64,000 bases of DNA. Source: Cyanobacteriota bacterium (GTDB lineage: Bacteria; Cyanobacteriota; Cyanobacteriia; Cyanobacteriales; Nostocaceae). The notes beneath the pieces were generated by a model, which saw only the letters and a list, made by a program, of their open reading frames with translations, searched no databases and was not told the DNA's origin. The position numbers and the translations under genes are program-made. The DNA lies in contig JBJOKS010000009.1 of assembly GCA_046045965.1 (NCBI GenBank), positions 32,001 through 96,000 on the forward strand, read 5' to 3'. Shown here piece after piece: positions 51,353-61,286 of this stretch. Within the stretch, counting starts at the first letter, position 1, and each line of letters begins with the position of its first letter.

Positions 51353-52240
51353 ATGAAAATTTACCACAGCGTAGGCACGTTTAAAGGTGTTGGGGGGATT
51401 GACCTGTATTATCAAAGCTGGAATCCAGGGGGTAAAATTAAGGCGATATTAGCATTGGTGCATGGACTTGGAGGACACAGCGGACTTTACCAAAATATAA
51501 TCCAGCATTTGTTACCTCAGCAATATGCTGTTTATGGTTTAGATTTACGTGGTCATGGACAGTCACCAGGTCAAAGAGGTTACATCAATACTTGGGCTGA
51601 GTTTCGTGATGACGTGCGAACCTTCTTACAAATGATTCAAAAGCAGCAACCAGGATGCCCAATTTTCCTTTTTGGGCATAGCATGGGCGGAATGATTGTT
51701 TTAGAATATGTTTTACGTTATCCAGAAGATACATCTGCATTACAAGGAGTAATTACTGTTGCACCGAGTATTGGAGAAGTGGGAGTATCACCTGTGCGTG
51801 TGCTGTTAGGAAAAATGCTTTCGCGGGTGTGGCCACGTTTTTCCTTAAATACTGGACTGGACGCAGATGCTGGTTCACGAGATCCGCAAATTGTAGCTTC
51901 CTACACTCAAGATCCTTTACGCCATACTCGTGCTACAGCCCGTTTTTCCACAGAGTTCTTTACTACAATAACTTGGATCAATGACCATGCTGCGGAATGG
52001 AAAATACCACTATTAATTTTACATGGTGGTGCTGACAGAGTGGTTTTACCTGGAGGCAGTAAAATTTTTTATCAGCGTGTGACTTACCCAGATAAGCTCC
52101 GCATTGAATATCCAGGAGCCTACCACGATTTACATTGTGACATTAATTATTGTGAAGTGCTGAATGATTTGAATAATTGGATGGAAAAACATTTACCTGC
52201 TGAAGCCGGAAGGTTAGAGGCGGTCATGAGTAACGAGTGA
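51353..52240 (+). CDS. Alpha/beta hydrolase, lysophospholipase/monoglyceride lipase family
   Basis: VHGLGGHSG, DLRGHGQS, GHSMGG, HGGADRVV, YHDL. Confidence 0.92.
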   Translation: MKIYHSVGTFKGVGGIDLYYQSWNPGGKIKAILALVHGLGGHSGLYQNIIQHLLPQQYAVYGLDLRGHGQSPGQRGYINTWAEFRDDVRTFLQMIQKQQPGCPIFLFGHSMGGMIVLEYVLRYPEDTSALQGVITVAPSIGEVGVSPVRVLLGKMLSRVWPRFSLNTGLDADAGSRDPQIVASYTQDPLRHTRATARFSTEFFTTITWINDHAAEWKIPLLILHGGADRVVLPGGSKIFYQRVTYPDKLRIEYPGAYHDLHCDINYCEVLNDLNNWMEKHLPAEAGRLEAVMSNE

Positions 52241-52363
52241 TGGATCATATTCCCAACCCAAAATCCAAAATCCAAAATCTCAAATTGCCACGGTCAATGC
52301 TCCTGTAGATTGGTAGAGTGGAAACATAACAAAAGATAAACTCGCCAGATTTCACCGCATAAC

Positions 52364-53224
52364 ATGGGCAGTATTTGGGAACTCGATTTTTACTCTCGTC
52401 CGATTTTGGACGCAAATCAAAAAAAAGTTTGGGAAATCTTAGTGTGTGAAAGTCCTGTGGATGTCCGCACCAAAACAGATTCCTTGTTTCGCTATGCTCA
52501 ATATTGCCCTAGTACCCAAGTAAATTCGGTTTGGTTGCGTACAGCGTTACAGGAAGCTATTGAGAAAGCAGGAGAAGCGCCCATCAAAATCCGCTTTTTC
52601 CGTCGGCAAATGAATAATATGATTACCAAAGCCTGTCAGGATGCGGGTATTCCGGCTTTACCAAGTCGGCGCACTTTGGTTCTCAACCAATGGCTACAAC
52701 AACGAATGGAGGAAGTTTATCCCCAAGAACCAGGATATCAAGGGGGTGCTAATCCTTCGGTGCGTTTAGATAGACCCTTACCCCAACGTTTACCAGATGC
52801 TTTGGAAGGTAAACAATGGGCATTTGTGACTTTAGAAGCCAGGGATTTTGCGGATATGCCAGAGTGGGAAATTGGCTTTGGTGAAGCTTTTCCCTTAGAT
52901 TTAGCCCAATTAACCCCAGAAACTCGCATTCCGGGGATTTTGATTTTTTCACCTAGAGCTTTACCTATTGCTGGGTGGATGTCTGGTTTGGAAATGGCTT
53001 ACTTACACTTTGACACCAAGCAAGGAGACAGACTGATTTTAGAAACCGGCGCAACGGAAAGCTGGGTTGTGGCAAATATCAGAACTCCCCAACTTCTGAA
53101 AGAAGCTCAAGGTTTTGAAGCAACAAAGCAACAAGCCAATGGTGTGCATTTTATTGGTGTACAGTCCGATCCCCAAGCTCAGTCTTTTGCAGGTTTTTGG
53201 CTCTTACAAGAGGTGAATCTGTAA
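52364..53224 (+). CDS. Tab2/Atab2 family RNA-binding protein
   Basis: [39 protein letters not shown]....FAGFWLL. Confidence 0.93.
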   Translation: MGSIWELDFYSRPILDANQKKVWEILVCESPVDVRTKTDSLFRYAQYCPSTQVNSVWLRTALQEAIEKAGEAPIKIRFFRRQMNNMITKACQDAGIPALPSRRTLVLNQWLQQRMEEVYPQEPGYQGGANPSVRLDRPLPQRLPDALEGKQWAFVTLEARDFADMPEWEIGFGEAFPLDLAQLTPETRIPGILIFSPRALPIAGWMSGLEMAYLHFDTKQGDRLILETGATESWVVANIRTPQLLKEAQGFEATKQQANGVHFIGVQSDPQAQSFAGFWLLQEVNL

Positions 53225-53251
53225 GAAGAGGGAACAGGTAATATCTGTCTT

Positions 53252-53353
53252 TCTTCTGCCTCCTGCCTCCTGCCTTCTGCCTTCTGCCTCCTGCCTTCTG
53301 CCTCCTGCCTTCTGCCTTCTGCCTCCTGCCTCCTGCCTTCTGCCTCCTGCCTC
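53252..53353. repeat. STRR (CT[C/T]CTGC) x~14
   Basis: Seen directly; generates the spurious GGRRQKA ORF. Confidence 0.95.
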
Positions 53354-53452
53354 CAATTACCACGAAAATTACAACTGTTGAGTCGCGCTGATGGGATAAT
53401 GGCTAGGTCTATCTAGGCTTGAACATCCGAAATCCACAATTGATCAAGGAAA

Positions 53453-54766
53453 ATGGGTTCTGCAAACTTGTCACGAGATACACTAGCGGAACAGCTGCTA
53501 GAACTTGCCTTAAAATCTGGCGCAGAGGCTGCGGAAGTGTATCAGTCGCGATCGCTTTCTCGTCCTGTGTTTTTTGAGGCTAACCGCCTGAAACAACTAG
53601 AAACCAGTCAATCTGAAGGTACAGCATTGCGGCTATGGCGAAACGGTCGTCCGGGACTTACAGTGGCCTATGGTTCTGTAGATCCTCAAGCAATGGTGGA
53701 AAAATCCACCGCCCTGAGTCAACTAAATCAGCCGGAATCAGTAGAACTCAGTAGTAATTCTGAAAAAGACTACCCTGATCTGGGGGAAGCTGTGTCAGTA
53801 GAAAAACTGATAGACTGGGGCAAAAATGCGATCGCTCTCATTCGTGAATTCTATCCTGATGTTCTCTGTAACAGTGATTGGGAATGTGATGTTGAAAATA
53901 CTCGGTTAATTAACAGCAAAGGCTTGGATTGTCACTACAGTGACACAACCCTGAGTTGCTATATGTCCGCAGAATGGGTGAGAGGTGATGATTTTTTAAG
54001 TGTTGCAGATGGACAAACCCAAAGGGGAGAACTTGATCCCGCCAGAGTAGCATATCAAATTTTACAGCGATTAAATTGGGCGCAAGAAAACGTTTCTACT
54101 CCCAGCGGCCGAGTTCCCATTTTATTTACTTCTAAAGCAGCGGATATGCTTTGGGGAACTGTCCAAGCTGCTGTAAATGGTAAACAAGTTTTAGAAAGAG
54201 CTTCTCCTTGGGCGGAAAGGTTAGGTCAACCTATTGTTGCACCTACTCTCACCCTTTACCAAGATCCACAAGCTGGTCCTTATAGTTGTCCTTTTGATGA
54301 TGAGGGCAATCCTACCAAATCTTTGATATTTATTGAAAACGGAATTTTAAAGAATTTTTATAGCGATCGCACCACTGGAAGACAATTAGGTATTGGTAGT
54401 ACCGGGAACGGTTTTCGTCCTGGTTTGGGTAGTTATCCCACCCCTGGTTTATTTAACTTCCTGATCCAACCTGGTACTGCATCCCTACAAGAATTAATTC
54501 AAGAGATGGATGAAGGTTTAATTGTCGATCAAATATTAGGAGAAAGTGGTGGAATTTCCGGTGATTTTTCTATCAATATTGATTTGGGGTATCTGGTAAA
54601 AAAAGGTCAAATAATTGGCCGAGTTAAGGATACAATGGTTGCTGGTAATGTTTACACAGCCCTGAAACAAATAGTAAAACTGGGTGGAGATGCAGATTGG
54701 AATGGTTCTTGTTATACTCCTTCATTAATAGTAGAAGGACTTTCTACGACTGGGAAAAATAGTTAA
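53453..54766 (+). CDS. TldD/PmbA family protein (TldE/PmbA-like)
   Basis: GAEAAEVY, PFDDEG, STGNG, SGDFS, VKDTMVAGN; no HExxGH motif. Confidence 0.9.
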   Translation: MGSANLSRDTLAEQLLELALKSGAEAAEVYQSRSLSRPVFFEANRLKQLETSQSEGTALRLWRNGRPGLTVAYGSVDPQAMVEKSTALSQLNQPESVELSSNSEKDYPDLGEAVSVEKLIDWGKNAIALIREFYPDVLCNSDWECDVENTRLINSKGLDCHYSDTTLSCYMSAEWVRGDDFLSVADGQTQRGELDPARVAYQILQRLNWAQENVSTPSGRVPILFTSKAADMLWGTVQAAVNGKQVLERASPWAERLGQPIVAPTLTLYQDPQAGPYSCPFDDEGNPTKSLIFIENGILKNFYSDRTTGRQLGIGSTGNGFRPGLGSYPTPGLFNFLIQPGTASLQELIQEMDEGLIVDQILGESGGISGDFSINIDLGYLVKKGQIIGRVKDTMVAGNVYTALKQIVKLGGDADWNGSCYTPSLIVEGLSTTGKNS

Positions 54767-54770
54767 TTTA

Positions 54771-54885
54771 AGGTGACAGGTGACAGGTGACAGGTGACAG
54801 TAAGAAGGGAATAGGGAATAGGTTAATTAAAAAAAATTCTGACTCTTGACTTCTGACTCCTTGATATCCTGACTCCTGACTCCTA
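54771..54885. repeat. STRR tracts (AGGTGAC)x4 and (CTGACTC)n between convergent genes
   Basis: Seen directly. Confidence 0.8.
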
Positions 54886-54899
54886 CTTGATAACTAACT

Positions 54900-56192
54900 T
54901 CAATGCAAGCGATCGCTAAAATACATCTGATATAATTTACATCTGACTCTGACATCATTACCTTCCTGTTTAATTAACCCCATCCCTTCCAATCTTTTCA
55001 GGGGAATAGTTTTTTGATCTGCTCTGACACACTCGTGATTAATAATATGTTTAAAAACATTTCCTAATTCTTGGTTATTTTGTAAATATTCCAAATATCT
55101 AATTAAATGGTGTTGATAAATTCCACCGTCCTTACCCATATCTGCCAGCAATTGTTTAAGACTAATATGATGATGATATAAATGATAAAATGCTAATCTT
55201 ACTAAATAAGGATGTCCTCCCACCATTGACATCAGAGGTATAGCATTTTCCCTATTTAGCAAATGACGAGAAGCTAAATTCTGCACTTCTTCTAAATTAA
55301 ATTCTTCTAATTGCATGGATAATCCCACATTACTAAAAGGAGATTCATTAATACTTATTTTGCCATAATCTTCCGTCGAATGGGCAAGAACTAACCGCAA
55401 TTTCTCCCAAGTTTCTGATTCTTTGGATTTTTCATGCCAAGCCCGTAACATGGGAAAAAAGTTTTGATATATTTGAGGATATTCAAATAGTCTATCTACC
55501 TCATCCAGAACTAAAACTAAATCCCGATCTAACTTTTTTAAGACATTTTGAAACTGTCGAGTACAATGAATTGTACTAGAAAGATCCTGATCCCATTCAT
55601 CTAGGGGAGGTGCGGCTGAAAACTCAACTTGAAAATAAGCATAAAATCCTCTAAAAAAATTATAGATATTACTTAATTGTTGCGTATCAATTTGGCTCAA
55701 ATCTAGTTCCACCGCATAATAATTATTATTTTTGGCTTGAGCAATTATTCTTTTGAGCAAAGAAGTTTTACCCATTTGTTTGGGGGCTTTAATCCGAATT
55801 AATGCCCCTGGTTTTTGAATTTCATTATTCCAAAGACATTGACAATTATTACCTTGAATATAATAGGGTGAATTTAGCGGTTCTGAACCTTCAGGAAAAT
55901 GGGGACTGGAACTATAGCCGTACTTTTCGGCAACTATGGGACTGACTAATTGAGGCTGAAACCGCAAAAATAACCGCACTAAACTTTCTTTATAATCTGC
56001 ATCTTCTACAGGATTAATATCAAACTTTTTGCAGATATTTTTGATATGGTGAATAGCTCCAGTTCGGTCATTAGCACCGATTTTATCAACTATTTCTTGG
56101 TCAGATATTCCTTGGAGAAACAGAGATAAAACTTGTTTTTGTTTAGGAGTTAGTTCTTCTGGATAAATTGTTTTAAAAGTTTCTTGATTCAT
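54900..56192 (-). CDS. LuxR-like HTH fused to AAA_35 ATPase (putative regulator)
   Basis: LTPKQKQVL.L...G.SDQEI......T...HIKNICKKF HTH pattern; FPEGSEPLNSPYY, Walker A APKQMGKTSL, Walker B LVLDEVD, SPFSNVG, GGHPYL. Confidence 0.85.
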   Translation of the reverse strand: MNQETFKTIYPEELTPKQKQVLSLFLQGISDQEIVDKIGANDRTGAIHHIKNICKKFDINPVEDADYKESLVRLFLRFQPQLVSPIVAEKYGYSSSPHFPEGSEPLNSPYYIQGNNCQCLWNNEIQKPGALIRIKAPKQMGKTSLLKRIIAQAKNNNYYAVELDLSQIDTQQLSNIYNFFRGFYAYFQVEFSAAPPLDEWDQDLSSTIHCTRQFQNVLKKLDRDLVLVLDEVDRLFEYPQIYQNFFPMLRAWHEKSKESETWEKLRLVLAHSTEDYGKISINESPFSNVGLSMQLEEFNLEEVQNLASRHLLNRENAIPLMSMVGGHPYLVRLAFYHLYHHHISLKQLLADMGKDGGIYQHHLIRYLEYLQNNQELGNVFKHIINHECVRADQKTIPLKRLEGMGLIKQEGNDVRVRCKLYQMYFSDRLH

Positions 56193-56431
56193 CAACTTAT
56201 CTCAATTGTATTTGCAGCATTAAATCGTAAAAAATTAAATTTTTTAATAAACAGATTACTTGGACGCGATTTAGTTACAAATGCAACGTTTGGAACTGAT
56301 TTATCTTTTGTGTCACATTATCTAATTTTACATCATTTGTGACATAATATGAAATTGCCACCGATAAAATCAACCTGTCATCTGTTATACAACTCAGACA
56401 ATTTTCACATTTTGGACTGACTTTGTGAAAT

Positions 56432-56490
56432 TTGTGAGAAATTACTCAAATTTTTAGCAGTCCGAGGAAAAACAATTAACATACTACTCA
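56432..56490 (+). promoter_or_regulatory. Putative promoter/operator copy 1 (TTGTGA-N7-CTCAA ... ATTAAnATACnACT)
   Basis: Aligns without gaps to 62735-62793. Confidence 0.55.
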
Positions 56491-56529
56491 GAAGTATAGC
56501 TTAAAAGTGATTTTACTTATACCTAAGAT

Positions 56530-57654
56530 ATGAACAGCAAATTTACACGGGTGATAACATCAGCATTTCTAACGCTTCTCATCATGGGTGGGGGAGCGAA
56601 AGTAATTGCTTCTAGACTGGGAGAAACATCGCCAAAGCAAGCTTTTCCGGGACAGGAAACACTATATAAGCTCATCCTCGCGCAAAGTTCTGAAGAAGAA
56701 ATTCGCATTCGAGTCAATGAAAAAGCCAGTCCTGCGGTAGTGACAATTAAGCATGGTGATAGTTTAGGTAGTGGGTTTATTGTGACTCGCAATGGACTGG
56801 TGTTAACAAATGCTCACGTGCTAGAAGATGCTCCATCTACTGTGACAGTGATTTTAGCAGATGGGAGACAAGTTTTAGCAGATGTAATTGGGTTTCAAGG
56901 ACAAGGTTTAGATTTAGCAGCGGTCAAAATTCGTAATCAAAATAATTTACCGACTGTGAAGTTAGCAAAACCAGGATCTACGCGTGTGGGACAATCAGTA
57001 TATGCAATTGGTTTTCCCTTTGGGTTAGAACGTACCTTTACCAGTGGTGTGGTAAGTCGCATAGATAGAAAAAGAAACTGGATACAACACGATGCAGCCA
57101 TTAATCCTGGTAATTCTGGTGGTCCGCTGCTTAATTCCAAAGCTGAAGTAATTGGGGTGAATACATTATTAATTAATCCCAATAATGAAAGTAATACAGG
57201 AATTAGTATAGCGATCGCAGTTGAAGAAGTACAACCTTTTTTAACAGCACTCATCAAGGGTGATACATCTTTAATTGCTCGTCAACCAAAATCCCGCAAT
57301 AATGAAAATGTAGCCATTAAAGAATTACCAATTGATGGCAAAACTGTCACAGCAAAACTAAAAGCAGGTGATGATGTTTTACCCAATAACACTTATTTCC
57401 AAATTTACGCCTTTAAAGGTCAAGCTGGTCAACAAGTGACAATTGAAATGAATAGTAAACAAATAGATTCAGCTTTGTTTTTAGTTTCAAGTAATCAGAA
57501 TAAATTGATTGACAATAATGATGACATTTCCCCTAACAATTTTAATGCTCGGTTGGTAGTTACTCTACCAGAAGATGGGGCTTATTATGTCATTGCTAAT
57601 GCTTTTGAACAAGGAGAATCAGGTGAATACAGCTTAAAGGCAACTTTTAAATAA
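56530..57654 (+). CDS. Exported trypsin-like (S1C) serine protease with C-terminal PPC domain
   Basis: Signal/TM segment; triad LTNAHV, DLAAVK, INPGNSGGPL; YAFKGQAGQQVTI...NDD...LPEDGAY PPC domain; no PDZ. Confidence 0.92.
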   Translation: MNSKFTRVITSAFLTLLIMGGGAKVIASRLGETSPKQAFPGQETLYKLILAQSSEEEIRIRVNEKASPAVVTIKHGDSLGSGFIVTRNGLVLTNAHVLEDAPSTVTVILADGRQVLADVIGFQGQGLDLAAVKIRNQNNLPTVKLAKPGSTRVGQSVYAIGFPFGLERTFTSGVVSRIDRKRNWIQHDAAINPGNSGGPLLNSKAEVIGVNTLLINPNNESNTGISIAIAVEEVQPFLTALIKGDTSLIARQPKSRNNENVAIKELPIDGKTVTAKLKAGDDVLPNNTYFQIYAFKGQAGQQVTIEMNSKQIDSALFLVSSNQNKLIDNNDDISPNNFNARLVVTLPEDGAYYVIANAFEQGESGEYSLKATFK

Positions 57655-57665
57655 TATTCATACCT

Positions 57666-57753
57666 AGATCCCCCCAACCCCCCTTACAAAGGGGGGCTAA
57701 ATTTCTCAAATTTTCTCAAAGTCCCCCTTTTTAAGGGGGATTTAGGGGGATCT
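57666..57753. repeat. AGATCCCCC...GGGGGATCT MITE-like element with internal hairpins
   Basis: Terminal inverted repeats; first 38 bp identical to 62608-62645, last 33 bp match 31888-31920. Confidence 0.85.
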
Positions 57754-57780
57754 GTAAACCCAACAAATCACAATCGAACC

Positions 57781-58320
57781 ATGAATAAAAAATCAGTTCT
57801 CACTTTTTTACTTACCAGCAGTTTTGCTATTGGTTTTTTAACATCTACCATTGCTCAATCTACAGATAAATCACCCGTTAAGTTTATCTGTAATCAAAGT
57901 TTTGATCAAAAGGCAAACAACAACTTACCCACAACATTTGCTTGGCATTCTAAAGGTAAAACTGCCCTCATTAGATGGGAAACAAATTATTTCCGCAATT
58001 ATTCCCCCCAGCGTCGTTGTGAGGAAGTATCTCCCCGTTTTCAACAAGCTTATGACAATGGTACTATCAACTTGATTACTAATGGCAGAATGAATAATCA
58101 ACCAGTGATTTGTACTGTTCGTGAATATGGTGCAGCTTGCGATACTTTGTTAATGACTTTACGACCAGAAGACAATTCTTTACAAGTTCTGAATTTGTTT
58201 AAACAAATTTTTAGCGGTCGTCAAGAAGGTCCTGTTAAACATAGTTCTGGTACTCCTCAAATTTACTATAAAATCAATATTGAGGAGTTTCTTCGTAATG
58301 CTCCTGTAGAGAAGAAATAA
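57781..58320 (+). CDS. COP23 (circadian oscillating protein 23) domain protein, exported
   Basis: Signal peptide; KFIC, PTT.AW, IRW, SPQRRCEEVSPRFQ, ITNGRMNNQPVIC, C..LLMTL. Confidence 0.88.
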   Translation: MNKKSVLTFLLTSSFAIGFLTSTIAQSTDKSPVKFICNQSFDQKANNNLPTTFAWHSKGKTALIRWETNYFRNYSPQRRCEEVSPRFQQAYDNGTINLITNGRMNNQPVICTVREYGAACDTLLMTLRPEDNSLQVLNLFKQIFSGRQEGPVKHSSGTPQIYYKINIEEFLRNAPVEKK

Positions 58321-58332
58321 GAAATCTTTGAT

Positions 58333-58438
58333 CTCGTTCCCAGTCTCCGACTGGGAATGTCATCACAGAGTCTCTGACTCTGATTTTACCAAAGGCAGAG
58401 CCTTTAGAATTCATTCCCATACAGAGTATGGGAACGAG
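58333..58438. mobile_element. CTCGTTCCCA...TGGGAACGAG MITE-like multi-hairpin element
   Basis: 10-bp TIRs; internal hairpins (ttcccagtc/gactgggaa, cagagtc/gactctg, aaaggc/gccttt, ttcccatac/gtatgggaa); remnant at about 14003-14020. Confidence 0.75.
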
Positions 58439-58485
58439 AGAAAATTATCCAGTTCACAAAACCATTAAATCAACTCTTAATTACC

Positions 58486-60933
58486 ATGAAAAAGCCAATT
58501 CTTCTTTCTCTCATTGCCTGTGTTGGTTCTTTATTATTTCTCCCCACAGTCACCGCTCAATTATCAACACCAAAATCAAAAAATAACCCGTCTTTAATTG
58601 CTAACCAAAACATATCAGCTAACGTGCGTCAAATTGCCCAAGCAATCACTGTAAAAGTCTATGTTGGAGATAGTCGCGGTTCTGGTGTTTTAATTGCTAA
58701 AAAAGGTCAAGCTTATACGGTTTTAACTAATGCTCATGTAGTTAGTCGTAGTAAATCCTATCGCATTCAAACACCAGATGGTAAATTTCATCAAGCCGTG
58801 ATTAAAAATCAAGGTGATTCATTAAAAGGAAATGATTTAGCAGTATTGGAGTTTCAATCATCGACTAACTATAGTATTGCTGCTTTAGGTAACTCATCGG
58901 CATTATTAGAAGGTGAAGAAGTTTATACGGCTGGATTTCCTTTTGATCAAGATAATTTGAATTTGACTGCGGGTAAAATATCGGTAGTTGTTTCTAAACC
59001 CTTGGTAGGTGGTTATCAAATTGGTTATACCAATACAACTGTTCAAGGCATGAGTGGTGGTGCATTATTAAATCAGGAAGGTAAGTTAATTGGTGTGATA
59101 GGAATGGGTGCAAATGCGATTTTAAATAATGCTTATCTTTATGAAGATGGAACAAAACCAAATGATACTACTATTGCTAAATTGAGAGATTCTAGTTTTG
59201 CTGTTCCCATTGCCACTATCCTCAAAGTCGCATCTCAATTAGCCACTACTTTACCGCGACAAAAACGTAATTATGTAGGAATAGTGGGAAAGGTAGATAA
59301 TATTGCTGAACAAATTACTGTGAAAATAGATTCAGATTCAGATAATAATGATGGTTCAGGGGTAATTGTTGCTAAACAAGGGCAAACTTATTATGTTTTA
59401 ACTGCGCGTCATGTTGTTGAAAATCAAGATAAATATCAAATTATTACTCCTGATGATCAAAAATATTCACTACAACCTAACAACATCACGCTTTTAGAAA
59501 ATGCAGATTTAGCAGTGGTGCAGTTTACTTCTAATCAAACTTATCAAGTTGCAACTATAGGTAATTATAATTTCTATGCATCACCTTGGATTTTTGTTTC
59601 TGGATTTCCAGCTAAACAAAACTTATCACAGCGACTATTAACTGCTGGAGAAAATCATTTTTTAGGAGAATCAGCCATCAAAGACCAATCTTCTTTTTCG
59701 CAAGGTCAAGAGTTATTGAACACAAATATTTCTTATCGCGGTATGAGTGGCGCACCTATTCTAGATACAAATGGGTGGGTAATTGGTATTAATACAGCCT
59801 CAGAAACTGAGTATCCTACGAATCAAAAAGGAGAGGTGGTTGAGTTTAGTGCAGGGTTTAGTTTAGGAATACCAATCAAAGAATTTTTAAGGCAAGAAAC
59901 AAAGACAAAAATTAAACCAGAGTGGTTAAAAGTGGAAACAGAAAGGCCCGATTTTTTGAACACACAAGCAGAAGAACTGATTAAACATCAATTATTTAAT
60001 TTAGTAGAACCAGCTAAAGATGCCGATGCTTTTGCTTGGCTGAATTATGGTAATCAATTATGGCGTTCAAAGAGGGCAGATGAAGCAATTAGAGCTTTTG
60101 ACAGAGCTATTGAAATTATTAAAGCACAACCAAACTTTGACAAACAATATTATGCCCTAGCTTATTATGGTAAAGGCTTGGCGTTTAGGTTTAATTTTAA
60201 ATATCCAGAAGCAATAAAAGCTTTTGAGCAAGCTATTCAAATTGATCCGCAATTGTGGCAAGCATGGCGCGGTCGTGGTGATATACTTTGGCAGCAAGCA
60301 TTTAATAAGGATGGTGATTCAACTTCAGTTTTAGAAAAATACTCAGAGGCAGCGAAATCATATCAGCAAGCGATTAGAATTATTGAAATTAATTGTAAAG
60401 AAATTAATTGTAAATTATTTAGGTTACATACAAAGCTAGGCTATACGTATGAAAAATTAGGAAATTATCAAGATGCTATTGCTGCTTACACTGAAGCAAT
60501 TAAAATTAATCCTAAAAGTCCAGAGGGTTATTCCGGTAGGGTAAGAGCTTACCAAGAACAAGGAAAATATGCAGAAGCAATAGCTGATTACACCACAATT
60601 ATTAAGATTGATCCTAATAATTTCTCTGCTTATATTAATATTGGCTTAATCAAATACGAACAAGGAGATAAACCAGCGGCACTGAAACAGTGGCAAGAAG
60701 CTTTTAACATTAACAATAAAGCCGCAGAACCTTTAACTTTAATGGGAATGGCGATTATTTTCTATTTACAAGGAGAACAGGAAAAGGGTTTAAATATGGC
60801 AGAAACTGCGGTGCGTTTAGATAAAAACTTTGCTAATGTGGAATTTTTGAAACAGAATCTGTGGGGTGAGCGTTTAGTTGCAGATGCACAAAAATTAATC
60901 TCTCATCCGCGCATTCAAGCAATCATTAAGTAG
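58486..60933 (+). CDS. Exported tandem trypsin-like serine protease with TPR repeats
   Basis: Signal peptide; domain 1 LTNAHV/DLAVL/GMSGG, domain 2 LTARHV/DLAVV/GMSGAP; about 8 TPR-like repeats. Confidence 0.92.
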   Translation: MKKPILLSLIACVGSLLFLPTVTAQLSTPKSKNNPSLIANQNISANVRQIAQAITVKVYVGDSRGSGVLIAKKGQAYTVLTNAHVVSRSKSYRIQTPDGKFHQAVIKNQGDSLKGNDLAVLEFQSSTNYSIAALGNSSALLEGEEVYTAGFPFDQDNLNLTAGKISVVVSKPLVGGYQIGYTNTTVQGMSGGALLNQEGKLIGVIGMGANAILNNAYLYEDGTKPNDTTIAKLRDSSFAVPIATILKVASQLATTLPRQKRNYVGIVGKVDNIAEQITVKIDSDSDNNDGSGVIVAKQGQTYYVLTARHVVENQDKYQIITPDDQKYSLQPNNITLLENADLAVVQFTSNQTYQVATIGNYNFYASPWIFVSGFPAKQNLSQRLLTAGENHFLGESAIKDQSSFSQGQELLNTNISYRGMSGAPILDTNGWVIGINTASETEYPTNQKGEVVEFSAGFSLGIPIKEFLRQETKTKIKPEWLKVETERPDFLNTQAEELIKHQLFNLVEPAKDADAFAWLNYGNQLWRSKRADEAIRAFDRAIEIIKAQPNFDKQYYALAYYGKGLAFRFNFKYPEAIKAFEQAIQIDPQLWQAWRGRGDILWQQAFNKDGDSTSVLEKYSEAAKSYQQAIRIIEINCKEINCKLFRLHTKLGYTYEKLGNYQDAIAAYTEAIKINPKSPEGYSGRVRAYQEQGKYAEAIADYTTIIKIDPNNFSAYINIGLIKYEQGDKPAALKQWQEAFNINNKAAEPLTLMGMAIIFYLQGEQEKGLNMAETAVRLDKNFANVEFLKQNLWGERLVADAQKLISHPRIQAIIK

Positions 60934-60940
60934 GTTTTTT

Positions 60941-61209
60941 GATCCCCCTAAATCCCCCTTAAAAAGGGGACTTTGATTCTAATTACTCCATTAATAAGGG
61001 GACTTTGGTTTTAATTACTCTATTAATAAGGGTAACTTTGATTTTAATTACTCCATTAATAAGGAGACTTTGATTCTAATTACTCCATTAAAAAGGGGGA
61101 CTTTAATTCTAATTCCACCCTTAAAAGGGGATTTTGATTCTAATTACTCCATTAAAAAGGGGGACTTTGATTCTGATTCCCCCCTTATTAAGGGGGGCTA
61201 GGGGGGATC
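60941..61209. repeat. GATCCCCC...GGGGGATC element containing ~7 tandem 31-33-bp units
   Basis: Unit consensus ctttgattctaattactccattaa(t/a)aagggga, starting at 60971, 61003, 61036, 61068, 61101, 61132 and 61165. Confidence 0.9.
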
Positions 61210-61286
61210 TAAGTAAGTGGGTGGTATTCTCGAAAATAGTCCATTTGAAAATTTCATACTTTCTACAAAATACAGGATTTAGAACC

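Noticed and set aside
53151..53363. GGRRQKA-repeat ORF
   Set aside because: Artefact of the heptamer STRR.
60941..61209. CRISPR array
   Set aside because: Units are contiguous with no unique spacers, are degenerate throughout, and no cas genes are in the window.
61134..61286. N-terminal extension of the TPR ORF (MILITPLKRG...)
   Set aside because: Translation of the repeat element; a signal peptide begins at ATG 61287.
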